DNA of 64,000 nucleotides from the NCBI GenBank assembly GCA_041694855.1, contig JBGFSB010000024.1, positions 1 through 64,000 on the forward strand. The letters are read 5' to 3'. The stretch is from Deinococcota bacterium (GTDB lineage: Bacteria; Deinococcota; Deinococci; Deinococcales; Thermaceae). Shown here in pieces: positions 40,279 through 52,248 of this stretch; within the stretch, counting starts at the first letter, position 1; the number at the start of each line of letters is the position of its first letter. The translations under genes were made by a program, and so were the position numbers. Below the pieces are notes generated by a model that had not been told where the DNA came from, made no database searches, and saw nothing but the letters and a program-made list of their open reading frames with translations.

Positions 40279-42309
40279 ATGCTGACCACACCTGAAAAAA
40301 TCGCGTTCTTTCTGCTGGTGCTGGCCTCGCTCTATTTTGGGGGCGGGGCGCTTTATCGCGTCTACAAAGCCATACGTCGGGGCCAGCCGGAAGACCGCTT
40401 CGACCACCTGCCCCCCCGACTGGGCCGCGCCCTGTGGCAGACCCTGACTATGCAGACGGTCTTCAAAAAACGGCCCTGGGCCAGCTTTCTGCACGCCCTG
40501 GTGTTCTACGGATTTGTTTTCTACCTGCTGGTAAATCTGGTGGATGTGCTGGAAGGGCTATTTCCCTTCAAGGCCAGGGGTGGCTTGTGGAATGGCTTCA
40601 ACATCGTGGCGGATCTGCTCACTGCTTTGATTTTAATTGGGATTGTGGGGCTGATGATTCGCCGCTTTTCGGGAGGCGGACGCAAAACCTTTAGCTGGAA
40701 CTCAAAGACCCCTCTACACGAGAAAATCCGGAGCGGCATCCCTCGAGACTCGGCAATTGTGGGCAGCTTCATCTTCTTCCACGTGGGCAGTCGGCTGTTA
40801 CACAAGGCTGCCCAGGCCGCCAACCTTGACCATGGCCCCGATCCCTTTCAACCCATTGCTACCCTTGTCTCTAACCTCTTCCTGCAACTCGATGTAGATC
40901 GCGTGGTGATCTTTGAGCACCTCTTCTGGTGGTTCGCCATCGGCTCGATCCTGCTGTTTATTCCCTACTTTGCCCGCTCCAAGCATATCCACCTGTTCCT
41001 GGCTCCCCTCAACCTGGCCTTCAAAAAGGACAAACCAGGGGCCTTGCTGCCCATTGCCAGGGACTTTGAGGCACTCGAGAAGATGGAGAAGTTTGGGGTG
41101 GCGAAGCTGGAAGACTATAGCTGGCCCCGTTTGCTGGATGCCTATAGCTGTATCATGTGCAACCGCTGCCAGGAGGTCTGCCCGGCCTATACCACCGGCA
41201 AGGCCCTCTCGCCGGCGGCCATCCTCATCAATGAGCGCTACGAGCTAAACGAGATCCTCCCGGCCTTCGCCGCTGGCAAAGAGAGCCCCCGCCCGCTGAT
41301 GGACTTTGCCATGAACGATGAGAGTATCTGGGCCTGTACCACCTGCAATGCCTGCGTAGAGGTTTGTCCGGTGGGCAACGAGCAGATGCTGCACATTGTG
41401 GACGTGCGGCGCGAGCGGGTGATGATGCAGGGAGAGTTTCCTGCACAACTGAACAACGCCTTTAAGGGCATGGAGCGCAACGGCAACCCCTGGAACCTGG
41501 GGGCCGATAAGCGCATGGGCTGGACGGAGGGTCTGGGCTTCGAGGTGCAGACCGTGACGCAAAACCCCGAGGCCGAGGTGCTCTACTGGGTGGGCTGTGC
41601 GCCCGCCTACGACCCCCGCGCCCAGAAGACCGCACGGGCCTTTGCGGAAATCCTCCAGGAGTCGGGGACGAGCTGGGCGGTGCTGGGCAAACAGGAAAAG
41701 TGCACCGGCGACGCCGCCCGGCGGGCCGGCAACGAGTTCTTGTTCATGCAGTTGGCGACCGAGAATGTCGCGACGCTCAATGCCGCCATGGCAGCCAGGC
41801 CCAAGACCATCGTCACCACCTGTCCCCACTGCTTCCACACCCTGGCCAACGAATACCAGGACTTTGGAGGCGCCTACCAGGTTAAGCACCACACCGAGTA
41901 TATTGCCGAGTTGATTGATGCGAAGAAGCTCGAGCTGATCCCGATGGCAGGCGAAGTGACCTATCACGACCCGTGCTATCTGGGACGACACAACGACCTG
42001 ATCAAGGAGCCCAGGGACGTCATCCAGGCCACCGGCCTCAAGCTCCACGAGCCCCCTCGCCACGGCAAGAACAGCTTCTGCTGCGGGGCGGGCGGGGCGC
42101 AGTTCTGGAAGGAGGAGGAGCCCGGCCAGGAGCGGGTCTCCACCAACCGTTACCGCGAGTTGAAGGGCACCAGCGCCGATACCATCGCGGTGGGCTGCCC
42201 CTTCTGCATGCAGATGATGAACCTGGAAACCACCCAGGAGGCCGAAGGCCAGGCCCCCAGAGTGCTGGAGATTTCCGAGCTGGTGGTTCAGCGGCTAAAG
42301 AAAGATTAA
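40279..42309 (+). CDS. Membrane-anchored Fe-S oxidoreductase with two 4Fe-4S ferredoxin motifs and two CCG domains (HdrD/GlpC/DsrK-like)
   Basis: N-terminal ~5 TM helices; CIMCNRCQEVCP and CTTCNACVEVCP clusters; CPHCF and CCGAGG cysteine-rich CCG motifs. Confidence 0.85.
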   Translation: MLTTPEKIAFFLLVLASLYFGGGALYRVYKAIRRGQPEDRFDHLPPRLGRALWQTLTMQTVFKKRPWASFLHALVFYGFVFYLLVNLVDVLEGLFPFKARGGLWNGFNIVADLLTALILIGIVGLMIRRFSGGGRKTFSWNSKTPLHEKIRSGIPRDSAIVGSFIFFHVGSRLLHKAAQAANLDHGPDPFQPIATLVSNLFLQLDVDRVVIFEHLFWWFAIGSILLFIPYFARSKHIHLFLAPLNLAFKKDKPGALLPIARDFEALEKMEKFGVAKLEDYSWPRLLDAYSCIMCNRCQEVCPAYTTGKALSPAAILINERYELNEILPAFAAGKESPRPLMDFAMNDESIWACTTCNACVEVCPVGNEQMLHIVDVRRERVMMQGEFPAQLNNAFKGMERNGNPWNLGADKRMGWTEGLGFEVQTVTQNPEAEVLYWVGCAPAYDPRAQKTARAFAEILQESGTSWAVLGKQEKCTGDAARRAGNEFLFMQLATENVATLNAAMAARPKTIVTTCPHCFHTLANEYQDFGGAYQVKHHTEYIAELIDAKKLELIPMAGEVTYHDPCYLGRHNDLIKEPRDVIQATGLKLHEPPRHGKNSFCCGAGGAQFWKEEEPGQERVSTNRYRELKGTSADTIAVGCPFCMQMMNLETTQEAEGQAPRVLEISELVVQRLKKD

Positions 42310-42650
42310 GCCCAGGAGTAGTGGCCGGTGGCTACCCGGTCGAGCAGGCTTTTGAACTTCTCCCAGCCCACCGGAGGGTCAAAAGTCGAAGTTCGCAGAT
42401 CAGAGGGCCCAGACTGCGATACAACCGCCTGCACTGGCTGTTGCTCGCTCGGCCAGCCTGGAGCACGCGACCAACTCCTTGCATCCTGAGAGAATTGCTC
42501 CAGGTATTGAAGTCCTGGGTGGAAACTGGGTAGACTGAAAACGTACCAGAACCAATCCCCGATGGGCTCGCCAGGGCGAAGTCTCACAGCGTGGGAACCG
42601 GGTACAGGCTGGTGTTGTGCGGCAGCACAGCACCAAAGCAGGAGGCCATA

Positions 42651-43796
<1,146 letters not shown>

Positions 43797-43810
43797 CACT
43801 ACGGCTCATA

Positions 43811-43846
43811 CCCACAAACCCCAGTAGAGCGGCTGGGGTTTTGTGG
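43811..43846 (+). terminator. Rho-independent terminator-like hairpin CCCACAAACCCCAG-N8-CTGGGGTTTTGTGG
   Basis: 14-bp perfect stem 15 bp after malK-like stop. Confidence 0.7.
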
Positions 43847-44004
43847 TCGCCTGGTTGCCTGAGGGTCTCCGCTACGAAAATGAAAGATAGGGGCGGCATG
43901 ACCGCGCCAGGCTTCCCGCAGGGTCTGTATCTCGGCGTCGTTCCTGATTGGCGCCCAGGTGCTGCCACTGTTTTAACGCAGACCCAACCGGTAGAGGTTC
44001 CAGC

Positions 44005-44067
44005 CTGAACCCTTTTTTCACACCCGCTGACATGACCTCCTGAGCGGACATGTGAAGGAGGGTTCAG
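44005..44067 (-). terminator. Extended imperfect hairpin downstream of accA (minus strand)
   Basis: ctgaaccc ... gggttcag with internal ttcaca/tgtgaa pairing and T-run. Confidence 0.45.
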
Positions 44068-45011
44068 GTTTGGTAGCGCCCCAGCCCCCTGAACCGGCGG
44101 TAGCGATCTTCGAACAGCTCTTCGGGGCCCAGGTGCGAGAGTTCGGCCAACGAGGCCAACAGGGCCTGCCGGATATTGACCAGGGTGGCGGCTGGATTGC
44201 GGTGGGCTCCGCCGCCGGGCTCGGGGATGATCCGATCCACAATTCCCAGATCCAGGAGGTCGGGGGCCGAGAGCTTGAGGGCTTCGGCAGCCCTGGCGGC
44301 TTCTCTGGCATCGCGCCACAGGATGGCGGCGCAGGATTCGGGCGAAATCACCGAGTACCAGGCGTTTTCCAGAATAAGCACTCGGTTGCCCACACCAATA
44401 GCCAGAGCACCCCCAGATCCACCCTCTCCCAGGATTATTGCGATGGCCGGAACCCTAAGGCGGGCCATGCGCTGGATGCTCTGGGCAATTACCCAGGCCT
44501 GGCCGCGCTCTTCGGCAGAGATGCCGGGGTAGGCTCCAGGGGTATCAATAAAGGCGATAAAAGGGCGGCCAAAGCGGTCGGCCAGATCCATCAGTCGCAT
44601 GGCCTTGCGATAGCCCTCGGGGTGGGGCATGGCAAAGTTACGCTTGATGTTTTCCTTGGTATCGCGGCCTTTCTGGTGGCCCACCACCACCACCGAGGTG
44701 CCTTCCAGGTAGGCCAGCCCACCCACTACAGCCGCATCCTCGCCATAGGTGCGATCCCCCGACAACTCGACAAAATCGTTCATGATGCCGCCAATTACGT
44801 CGAGGGTGGTGGGGCGCCCAGGGGCACGGGCCAGTTGCACCCGTTCCCAGCGGGACAGGTTGTTGAAGGTTTCCGATTTGAGCTGGGTCAGTCGCCCCCG
44901 CAGAACCTGCAACTCCCCCGAGAGGTCTACCCCGCTGCTCGAGGCAAACCCCTCGAGCTCGGCGATTTTGGCCTCGAGTTCCTCGATAGGTTTCTCAAAC
45001 TCAAGCGGCAT
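44064..45011 (-). CDS. accA: Acetyl-CoA carboxylase carboxyltransferase alpha subunit
   Basis: Full-length AccA similarity. Confidence 0.93.
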   Translation of the reverse strand: MPLEFEKPIEELEAKIAELEGFASSSGVDLSGELQVLRGRLTQLKSETFNNLSRWERVQLARAPGRPTTLDVIGGIMNDFVELSGDRTYGEDAAVVGGLAYLEGTSVVVVGHQKGRDTKENIKRNFAMPHPEGYRKAMRLMDLADRFGRPFIAFIDTPGAYPGISAEERGQAWVIAQSIQRMARLRVPAIAIILGEGGSGGALAIGVGNRVLILENAWYSVISPESCAAILWRDAREAARAAEALKLSAPDLLDLGIVDRIIPEPGGGAHRNPAATLVNIRQALLASLAELSHLGPEELFEDRYRRFRGLGRYQT

Positions 45012-45066
45012 AGGCGCTCCCTTCGGGAGTGTCCGCCGCCGGGCGCCCGGGGTCGAGCGCAGCCGT

Positions 45067-45094
45067 CTGACCCCTGACCCCTAACCCCTGACCC
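45067..45094 (-). repeat. (GGGGTCA)4-like tandem heptamer (G4-N3 x4) on mRNA-sense strand between accD and accA
   Basis: tgacccc tgacccc taacccc tgacccc on plus strand = GGGGTCA/GGGGTTA repeats on coding strand; canonical G-quadruplex pattern. Confidence 0.85.
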
Positions 45095-45949
45095 CTATCC
45101 AGCATGATTCACCGTCCTGGGGTGCAAAAGCTTGAGAACCCTGACCACGGTCTCCTTGAGCTGACGACGGTCTACCACCTGGTCTACCATGCCATGTTTG
45201 AGTAGAAACTCGGAGCGTTGGAAGCCTTCGGGCAGATCCTGACGAATGGTTTGCTTGATCACCCGGGGCCCGGCGAAGCCAATCAGAGCGCCGGGTTCGG
45301 CCAAGATCACGTCGGCAATAGCCGCGAAACTAGCCGTCACCCCGCCCGTGGTAGGGTCGGTAAGGATGGAGATATAGGGCAGTTTTCGGGCCCATAGCCG
45401 GTCGAGGGCCAGGGTGGTTTTGGCCATCTGCATCAGCGAGAGGGCAGCTTCCTGCATGCGGGCTCCGCCCGACACCGAGACAATCACCACCGCGCGGTTT
45501 TCCTCGGCGGCCAGTTCGATGCCCCTGGTGATTTCCTCGCCCACCACGCTGCCCATCGAACCACCTGCAAAAGCATAGTCCATTACCAGCAGAATGCTGG
45601 GTACGCTGCCAATGCTACAGCGTCCACCCACGATGGCATCGGGCCGTCCGGCTTCTCTCTGGTAGCGCTCGAGGCGTCTGGGGTAAGGTTCGGTATCGTG
45701 GAACCCTAAAGGATCGGTGGGTTTGAGGCCATTAATCGGCTCGAAACTGCCCTCGTCGGCGAGCATCTCAATGCGCTTGTCGGCAGACAGCCGCAGGTGA
45801 TGTCCGCATTTGGGACATACATGCAGGTTGGTCTCGAGGTCTTTCTTATAAATCTGCGCGTCGCACCGGGGACACTTGACCCACAGCTCGGGAATATCCC
45901 TCGCCTCGCCCTGTGCCCGGCGACGGCGGAAAAGCCGCTCTAAGGCCAT
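45095..45949 (-). CDS. accD: Acetyl-CoA carboxylase carboxyltransferase beta subunit (Zn-ribbon N-terminus)
   Basis: CPRC ... CPKC zinc finger and AccD similarity. Confidence 0.93.
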   Translation of the reverse strand: MALERLFRRRRAQGEARDIPELWVKCPRCDAQIYKKDLETNLHVCPKCGHHLRLSADKRIEMLADEGSFEPINGLKPTDPLGFHDTEPYPRRLERYQREAGRPDAIVGGRCSIGSVPSILLVMDYAFAGGSMGSVVGEEITRGIELAAEENRAVVIVSVSGGARMQEAALSLMQMAKTTLALDRLWARKLPYISILTDPTTGGVTASFAAIADVILAEPGALIGFAGPRVIKQTIRQDLPEGFQRSEFLLKHGMVDQVVDRRQLKETVVRVLKLLHPRTVNHAG

Positions 45950-46257
45950 AACGCCCTATCTTATACCCCAGAATGAGAGTCGTACGAAACCCCCCCTGCT
46001 TGGACGGGGTTCAAATTTGTTAAAAGCAACAAAAAAAGCCTCCGGGAGCAGGAAAGTCACCCCGCAGGAAAAGGGAAGGGGGGACTGGGTGAAACGATCC
46101 GGGTGGCTACTTTTTCAATTGAACTGTGCACCGACCAGGGAATGGTCGCAAGTCGAAGGTCGGGTGCTTTTCGCCGCTGTTGTGTCATTCAAGAAGCGAG
46201 AACATCCGTACCAGAGCCGGGCCACCTGGGTACGGAAGAGGCAGAACTGGCCTGAAC

Positions 46258-47259
46258 TTACCGACTGGAGACGTAGCCCACATAAGGCAAGGGGTCAATG
46301 GCAACCCCATAGCGATAGACCGTGTAGTGCAGGTGGGGCCCGGTGGAGCGTCCGGTAGAACCGACCCCCCCAATGAGCATGTCTTGCTCGACCTGCTGCC
46401 CGCGGGAGACATAGCTTGCGGAGAGGTGCCCATACAGGGTGTGCAGGCCGTTGCCGTGGTCAATGAGCACCATCAGGCCGAAGACGGGGTTCCAGCCCAT
46501 CTCGCTCACGGTTCCAGCGGCGGTGCTATAGACCGGAGTACCTTCGGAAGCGGCAAAATCCACCCCATTGTGAAATTCATACGCACCCCCGCCAAAAGGG
46601 TTGGAGCGGTAGCCGAAAGCGGAGGTGACGCGGGTCTCTACCAGCAAGGGCAGGCCGGATGGTATAAACCGGGCTGAATCGGGGGTGTGGGCCTGGGGTG
46701 CGCGGGCCTGGGTAGGGGGTTGGGGACGCCGAAGAATGCGTCCCGGGTTGGGATCTGGGGGTAGGGGGTTGTTGAGGGCAATGGCGGTGGACTCGAGTTC
46801 CGCCGCAAAGTTCCCCACCTGCGAGCGCAAGCTGAGCAGTAAGTTGCCCAACTCGATGGGCTCGCCGGCGCCCCTGGGTGCACGGTCTGGCCTGGGAGGG
46901 GTGGTTGGCAAAGCCGAGCCTGGCACCGGGTTGGGCTGGATGGATTCGGGTACCAGGCGAATCCGGGGCAGGCCAGCCTTGACCCGCAGGTGGTTGATTT
47001 CGGCCTCCAGAACCTTGAGGCTCTGCTGCAGTTGTACGGCTTCGATGCTATAGGCCTCGTTGCGGCTTTTTTCGGCCTCGAGTTCCAGGGTGAGCTTGCG
47101 GGCCTGGGTCTCGAGCTGGGCCAGCCGGGTGCGTTCGCTCGAGCCTTGATCCCACAAAAAAAGCACCCCCGCAATCAACAACACCGGCAGTACCGCCACC
47201 ACCCAGAGCGGTACCGTCAGGGTCACGCTAGACACCAGGGGATGGGGCTCTCGTGGCAT
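46258..47259 (-). CDS. M23 family metallopeptidase (LytM-like) with N-terminal TM and coiled coil
   Basis: C-terminal NGVDFAA ... LIDHGNGLHTLYGHLS M23 signature. Confidence 0.85.
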   Translation of the reverse strand: MPREPHPLVSSVTLTVPLWVVAVLPVLLIAGVLFLWDQGSSERTRLAQLETQARKLTLELEAEKSRNEAYSIEAVQLQQSLKVLEAEINHLRVKAGLPRIRLVPESIQPNPVPGSALPTTPPRPDRAPRGAGEPIELGNLLLSLRSQVGNFAAELESTAIALNNPLPPDPNPGRILRRPQPPTQARAPQAHTPDSARFIPSGLPLLVETRVTSAFGYRSNPFGGGAYEFHNGVDFAASEGTPVYSTAAGTVSEMGWNPVFGLMVLIDHGNGLHTLYGHLSASYVSRGQQVEQDMLIGGVGSTGRSTGPHLHYTVYRYGVAIDPLPYVGYVSSR

Positions 47260-47473
47260 GGCCCTATAAGCCTACTCTGGAAAGGGGCGAGGCCGGGTGA
47301 TTCCTGACCGGGGTGGCTCCACTTCGGGCCCGTCGCAGGTTGCAGTTCTCACCGCGTTTCCGCCACGGGTTGAGGGTCGCGCAAATCGCCCGGGAACGGT
47401 ACCTGGCCTTGGGGAGTCTCGACCCCATCTAGAGCGGTGGGATACCCAAAAACCTTCTGGTGTGAAAAGCGCC

Positions 47474-47863
47474 TTAGCTACTGGCCTTGGTACTCTGGGG
47501 TAAGGCCCTGGGCTCCCCGGTCTGGCTGCGACCCACAAAGACGGCCCCGGCTTCCACGTCGAGCGACATGGCCCGCACGTCGCCTTCGACCCGCGCGCTC
47601 TTGGTGATGTGCAGTTTGCCACTGGCGATGACCTGGGCGCTGATTTGCCCGTGCACGATTATGTTGTTGGCCTTGACCTGCTCACCTTCGATGAGGGCCG
47701 TGTTGCCGACCTCGAGGTCGCCTTCGATCACCACCGAACCCTTGATCTTCCCGTCAATGCGGGCACTGCCACCTGCTTTCAAGTTACCTTCGATCTCACT
47801 ACCCTCGCTCACGTAGGTGAGCGCAGCCGGATTGGGTTTACGTCCTCCACCTAGCACCGCCAT
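47474..47863 (-). CDS. Bactofilin (CcmA-like polymer-forming cytoskeletal protein)
   Basis: Repetitive beta-helix pattern (GDLEVGNTALIEGE, GKLHITKSARVEGD) typical of DUF583/bactofilin. Confidence 0.85.
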   Translation of the reverse strand: MAVLGGGRKPNPAALTYVSEGSEIEGNLKAGGSARIDGKIKGSVVIEGDLEVGNTALIEGEQVKANNIIVHGQISAQVIASGKLHITKSARVEGDVRAMSLDVEAGAVFVGRSQTGEPRALPQSTKASS

Positions 47864-47963
47864 AGTCTACACTCCTGTATAAGCTTTTGGGCCAAGGGCC
47901 TGCTCACGAACGTACCTCTAAATCATACCGGGATGATCCGAGGGTAGGGGTCAGGTTTGACAC

Positions 47964-48866
47964 TCAGTCCAGATACGCTGTGGGATTCACTTCGTTGCCG
48001 CTGCGGAAGACCGTGTAGTGCAGGTGCGGGCCAGTAGAGCGGCCTGTGGAGCCGACCAACCCCACCCGGTCGCCGCGCTCGAGGCTCTGCCCGATCCGTA
48101 CCGAAACCGAGGACAGGTGTGCGTACAGGGTACGGTAGCCGTAACCGTGGTCTACCACCACCGCCAGGCCAAAAGGCCCTTTCCAGCCTGCCTCAATCAC
48201 TTCTCCCGCCCCGGTCACCCGCACGGCGGTGCCGTAGGCGGCAGGGAAATCAATGCCATTGTGAAACTCGAAACCCCAGCCAAATGGGTTGCGGCGGTAG
48301 CCAAAGAACGAGGTGACACGGGTCTGTCCCCGAATGGGGTAGCCAAAGGGCAGGGCTGCTTCCCGTTCAAGGGTCTCATTCAGGGCAGGAGATACCTCGC
48401 TCAACTTGCGGGTAAAGGCGGTGGTCTGTTGGCTGGCATGTTTGAAGACATCCTCGAGCTCCGCCGGAATCGAGGCCCCTCCCCGCCCGCCTCCTTCGTT
48501 GCGGGTGGGCACCAGCCTGATCCTGGGCATTCCAGCCCGCTCCCGCAGGGTATTGATCTCGGTCTCCAGAACCTGTAACTGCCTGAGGATGCTCTGGGCA
48601 TCCTGGCTCAGGGCATTGTTACGGGTGCGTTCGGTGGCGAGCTGGTTGTTGAGTTTGCGGGCCTGATCCGACAAGCTGACCAGTTGGATCTGCAAGCTGC
48701 GCATCTCGGCTGTGCGCTGCCAGAGCCAGATATTCAGGCCGCTCCAGACCAGCAAAACCAACAGAACCACCACCGGAATCCACACCGGTAAAGACAGAGT
48801 TCTGGGGGCTGCGCCGGTTCGGGCTAACCACAGGGTGTAACGCACAGGGTGACGTCGCAGCGGCAT
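47964..48866 (-). CDS. M23 family metallopeptidase (paralog of 46258-47259)
   Basis: Same architecture: TM, coiled coil, M23 C-domain (NGIDFPA ... VDHGYGYRTLYAHLS). Confidence 0.85.
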   Translation of the reverse strand: MPLRRHPVRYTLWLARTGAAPRTLSLPVWIPVVVLLVLLVWSGLNIWLWQRTAEMRSLQIQLVSLSDQARKLNNQLATERTRNNALSQDAQSILRQLQVLETEINTLRERAGMPRIRLVPTRNEGGGRGGASIPAELEDVFKHASQQTTAFTRKLSEVSPALNETLEREAALPFGYPIRGQTRVTSFFGYRRNPFGWGFEFHNGIDFPAAYGTAVRVTGAGEVIEAGWKGPFGLAVVVDHGYGYRTLYAHLSSVSVRIGQSLERGDRVGLVGSTGRSTGPHLHYTVFRSGNEVNPTAYLD

Positions 48867-49195
48867 CAGGGGCTATAACTAACGCAGGGGTGTAACAAAA
48901 GTCAAGGGAGGTTTAACCCGTTACGTTAATGCTCTCATCCTGACTGTCCCATAGATTTGCGTTGCAATGGGTCGAATTCCTTACTCGAGGGAGTCTTAGA
49001 ATGAGAGGCGCGCCCCCGATTCGGGCGTTACATGAAAGGGAAAAGTTTGTAGCATAGAGTACACTTTGCCAACACGGCCCCCTATCCGGGCGGGGGCCAC
49101 CCCCCTGAACGAGCAGCAGATCGCACACCCGGTGGAAGCTAGGGACCAGGCGAGCTTTTGAAAGGCTTAATGATCCTGAAGAGGACTTAATTTTG

Positions 49196-49981
49196 TCAGG
49201 CAAACTGCGCTGCTACCGCTATAGCTACATCAACGGCCCTTTGCACGGCCTGATCTTTGGCCTCCAACACGGGCTGTTCGGTGCGGGTACGTTGTGCGAT
49301 GACCCCGCAGATGCAGGCTGCGGCAAACCCATAGACGTTGCCCATCTTGAACAGGGTTCCGGCCTCCATTTCATAATTGATCACCCTCAGGTGGCGGTAC
49401 TCCTCGGTGATGCCCTGCAGGGTTCGCAGCAAATATGGATTGGCCGAACCGGTGCGCTCCTGCCCTTCATAAAAAGTGTCCACCGAAGCCGTAACTCCCA
49501 GCGCATACACAACGCCCATCCTCCTGGCAGCCTCTACCAGCGCCACCGTGAGGAAAGGGTCGGCGCTGGCCGGGTACTCGGGTGGAGCAATGTCGTTGGC
49601 GGCACCCTGGCGGCACAGAGCCGCCTTGGAAATGGCTACACTTCCTGGTAAGACCTCATCCTGGATGGAACCACAGGTGCCCACCCGAATGATGGTGCGA
49701 ATGCCCACCTGCACCAGTTCGTTCACCACAATGCTCAGGCTGGGCGCACCCATGCCACTGGTGGCCGACAAGACCGGCCGCCCATTCGGCAAAAACCCCA
49801 GATAGCTGTTCAATCCACGGTTCTCCGAAAGGGTTTTGGTCTGACTCAGGCGGGTCTGCGCTATCAGGGTAGCGCGGCCTGGATCCCCGCTCAGGATTGC
49901 CAGGGTAGGGGGGGTGTTGCCAAGGTCTTCAGGCCCAAAGCCGAGGTGATAAAAGTCTGCCATGGGTTCATTATGCGGCAT
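49196..49981 (-). CDS. Nucleoside phosphorylase, PNP/UDP-1 family (DeoD-type purine or uridine phosphorylase)
   Basis: SGMGAPS ... IRVGTCGS motifs. Confidence 0.85.
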   Translation of the reverse strand: MPHNEPMADFYHLGFGPEDLGNTPPTLAILSGDPGRATLIAQTRLSQTKTLSENRGLNSYLGFLPNGRPVLSATSGMGAPSLSIVVNELVQVGIRTIIRVGTCGSIQDEVLPGSVAISKAALCRQGAANDIAPPEYPASADPFLTVALVEAARRMGVVYALGVTASVDTFYEGQERTGSANPYLLRTLQGITEEYRHLRVINYEMEAGTLFKMGNVYGFAAACICGVIAQRTRTEQPVLEAKDQAVQRAVDVAIAVAAQFA

Positions 49982-49999
49982 ACGACACTATGATCGGCC

Positions 50000-51082
50000 C
50001 TATTCCCTGGAGGGTAGCGTAATCTTTCCGGCAACCGCGTTTCGCCGGGCACCCGTGGTCTGTCTGAGAATATTGGGCAGTTCCAGGTAACGCAGATACC
50101 CCAGTACCGCAAAACAAAGTGCCTCCCGGTGCTTGGAGTCGTAGCCTTTTTCCTCAAAGGTATATACCGGAACCGGTAGAAGGGTCTTGAGGTATTGCAT
50201 GAGGGTGGAGTTATAGGCCCCCCCACCCGCTACCCAGACTTCATCCAGCCCGTAAGGGAGTACAAAATCCTGGTAGGCCCTGGCGATGGAATGAGCGGTG
50301 AACTCGGTCAGGGTGGCGAGCAGTTTTTGGGGGGGTAGGGCTGCGTCCTCGTCCAGCATTTCCAGATTCCAGATTTCGCGGCCCGTGGATTTGGGGGGCC
50401 TGCGAGCAAAGTAGGGGTGCGTGAGCCAGCGTTCCACCAGCAACAGGTCAGGCCTGCCAGAAGCCGCAATTTTCCCGCCCGTGTCCTGGTTCAAACCCAA
50501 TCGTCCTGCGGCTTCGTCTAGCAGGGCATTGCCGGGACCCGTATCGAAGGCCTGGACTTTTTCGGGGTGCAGGTCGGCAGGCAGGTAGGTCAGGTTGGAG
50601 ATGCCCCCAATGTTGTGGATGGCCCGACTGACCCCCTTTTCCCCATAGAGCAGCAGATCGGGGTAGGGCACGAAGGGGGCAGCCTCTCCGCCCAGGGCCA
50701 GATCCGAGGGTCGAAAATCGGAAACCACCGGTACTCCCAGGGCCTCGGCTAGATAGGCTGGCTCGCCAAGCTGCAAAGTGGCGTGTGGGGGCTCGTGCCA
50801 GACGGTTTGTCCGTGGGAAACCACCAGATCGGTCTGGCCTTTGAAATCAGCGGCAGCATCCGCATAGAAGCGACCCATGGTGTGGTGCAACAAGGCCACC
50901 TCACGGGTGAGGGCCTGCGACTTCAGGGTACGGATAATCTGGGCTCGCAGTTCGGCAGGGAAGAGGGCTTCTTTGTGATGAAGCACCCGCCACTTGAGCA
51001 CTGGAGGCCGACCCTCCAGCTCGGCCAGCACCAGATCCACTGCGTCTACCGAAGTACCGGACATCAGACCCAACACGCGCAT
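50000..51082 (-). CDS. anmK: Anhydro-N-acetylmuramic acid kinase
   Basis: MSGTSVDAVD N-terminus and full-length AnmK similarity. Confidence 0.9.
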   Translation of the reverse strand: MRVLGLMSGTSVDAVDLVLAELEGRPPVLKWRVLHHKEALFPAELRAQIIRTLKSQALTREVALLHHTMGRFYADAAADFKGQTDLVVSHGQTVWHEPPHATLQLGEPAYLAEALGVPVVSDFRPSDLALGGEAAPFVPYPDLLLYGEKGVSRAIHNIGGISNLTYLPADLHPEKVQAFDTGPGNALLDEAAGRLGLNQDTGGKIAASGRPDLLLVERWLTHPYFARRPPKSTGREIWNLEMLDEDAALPPQKLLATLTEFTAHSIARAYQDFVLPYGLDEVWVAGGGAYNSTLMQYLKTLLPVPVYTFEEKGYDSKHREALCFAVLGYLRYLELPNILRQTTGARRNAVAGKITLPSRE

Positions 51083-51243
51083 TACCTCAACTCTACCGTG
51101 ATTTGAGCGTTGTCACGGTTTCTTGCCGATACTGGACTCCCGGTAATCCCGCAGGCCGGCCGAGACTTGTAGCCGGGTCTAACTTTGCACCTGCCAGGTA
51201 CGGCAGATCCAGGTGCCTCTGGGCGGTATACACTGGGGAAGAG

Positions 51244-52248
51244 ATGCTCGAGCAAGCCTCCCGTTTGGTTCAACAGGCCATTGAGTCGGGTCGAATTCCA
51301 GGGGCTGCTTTGGGATGGGTGCACCTGGATGGGTCTATTGAAATGTCTTGTGGGGGGGTCAAGCACCTGCAAAAGCCGGGAGCGATAGACCCTGATACGC
51401 TTTTTGACCTGGCCAGTCTGACCAAAGTGCTCTTTACCGTCCCCCAGGTACTCCACCTGGTTGAGGAAGGACGGGCTGACCTGGACGACCCTCTGTCGCG
51501 CTTCATGCCCGAGTTGGCCTGGATGCAGGGGAGCGAACTACCGGGGCGTACCCTGCGCCAACTCCTGAACCATGTGTCGGGTTTGCCGGGCTGGGAGGCC
51601 ATTTATACCTGGGGCGGGGAGACCCGTACCCTCGAGCACCGCGTCTTGCAGCACCGCTGGGAGGTGGGGCCGGTGGGAGCGCATGTGTACTCAGACATCG
51701 GCTATATCCTGTTGGGGCTGGTGTTGGAGCGGGTTCGGGGACAGGGCCTGGGGGCATTTCAACTCCCGGAGGGACTGATGTTCAACCCCTCCAACCCCGA
51801 TAATTGCGCCGCTACCGAGCAAGACCCCTGGCGTGGACGGGTTTTACAGGGGGAGGTGCACGATGAAAACTGCTTTGCCCTGGGAGGAGCCACCGGACAT
51901 GCCGGACTTTTTGGCAGCCTGAGGGGGATTCTGGCCTATGTCCATCGGCTGATGCAAGGTCAGGTGCTTTCCCCGGCGGCCCTGGCGGAGATGCGCCGTC
52001 CGCAGCATGCCGAGCGGGCGCTGGGCTGGCTGATTCCATCCCCACCCTATTGTGGGGGCAGCCTGTGCAGCCGCCAGACCCTGGGCCATACCGGGTTTAC
52101 CGGAACCGGAGTCTGGATGGACTTTGAACGGGGCTATGCCTGGGTTTTGCTCACCAATCGGGTACACCCCAGCCGACACCAGGAGACGGGCATCGTCGAG
52201 TTGCGCCGGGCGGTAGGGAACTTAATTGCCGCGGCCTGGAAGGGCTGA
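51244..52248 (+). CDS. Serine hydrolase, beta-lactamase/transpeptidase-like family
   Basis: S-x-x-K motif (SLTK), class-C-like fold; ORF track start 51103 likely too early (ATG 51244). Confidence 0.8.
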   Translation: MLEQASRLVQQAIESGRIPGAALGWVHLDGSIEMSCGGVKHLQKPGAIDPDTLFDLASLTKVLFTVPQVLHLVEEGRADLDDPLSRFMPELAWMQGSELPGRTLRQLLNHVSGLPGWEAIYTWGGETRTLEHRVLQHRWEVGPVGAHVYSDIGYILLGLVLERVRGQGLGAFQLPEGLMFNPSNPDNCAATEQDPWRGRVLQGEVHDENCFALGGATGHAGLFGSLRGILAYVHRLMQGQVLSPAALAEMRRPQHAERALGWLIPSPPYCGGSLCSRQTLGHTGFTGTGVWMDFERGYAWVLLTNRVHPSRHQETGIVELRRAVGNLIAAAWKG

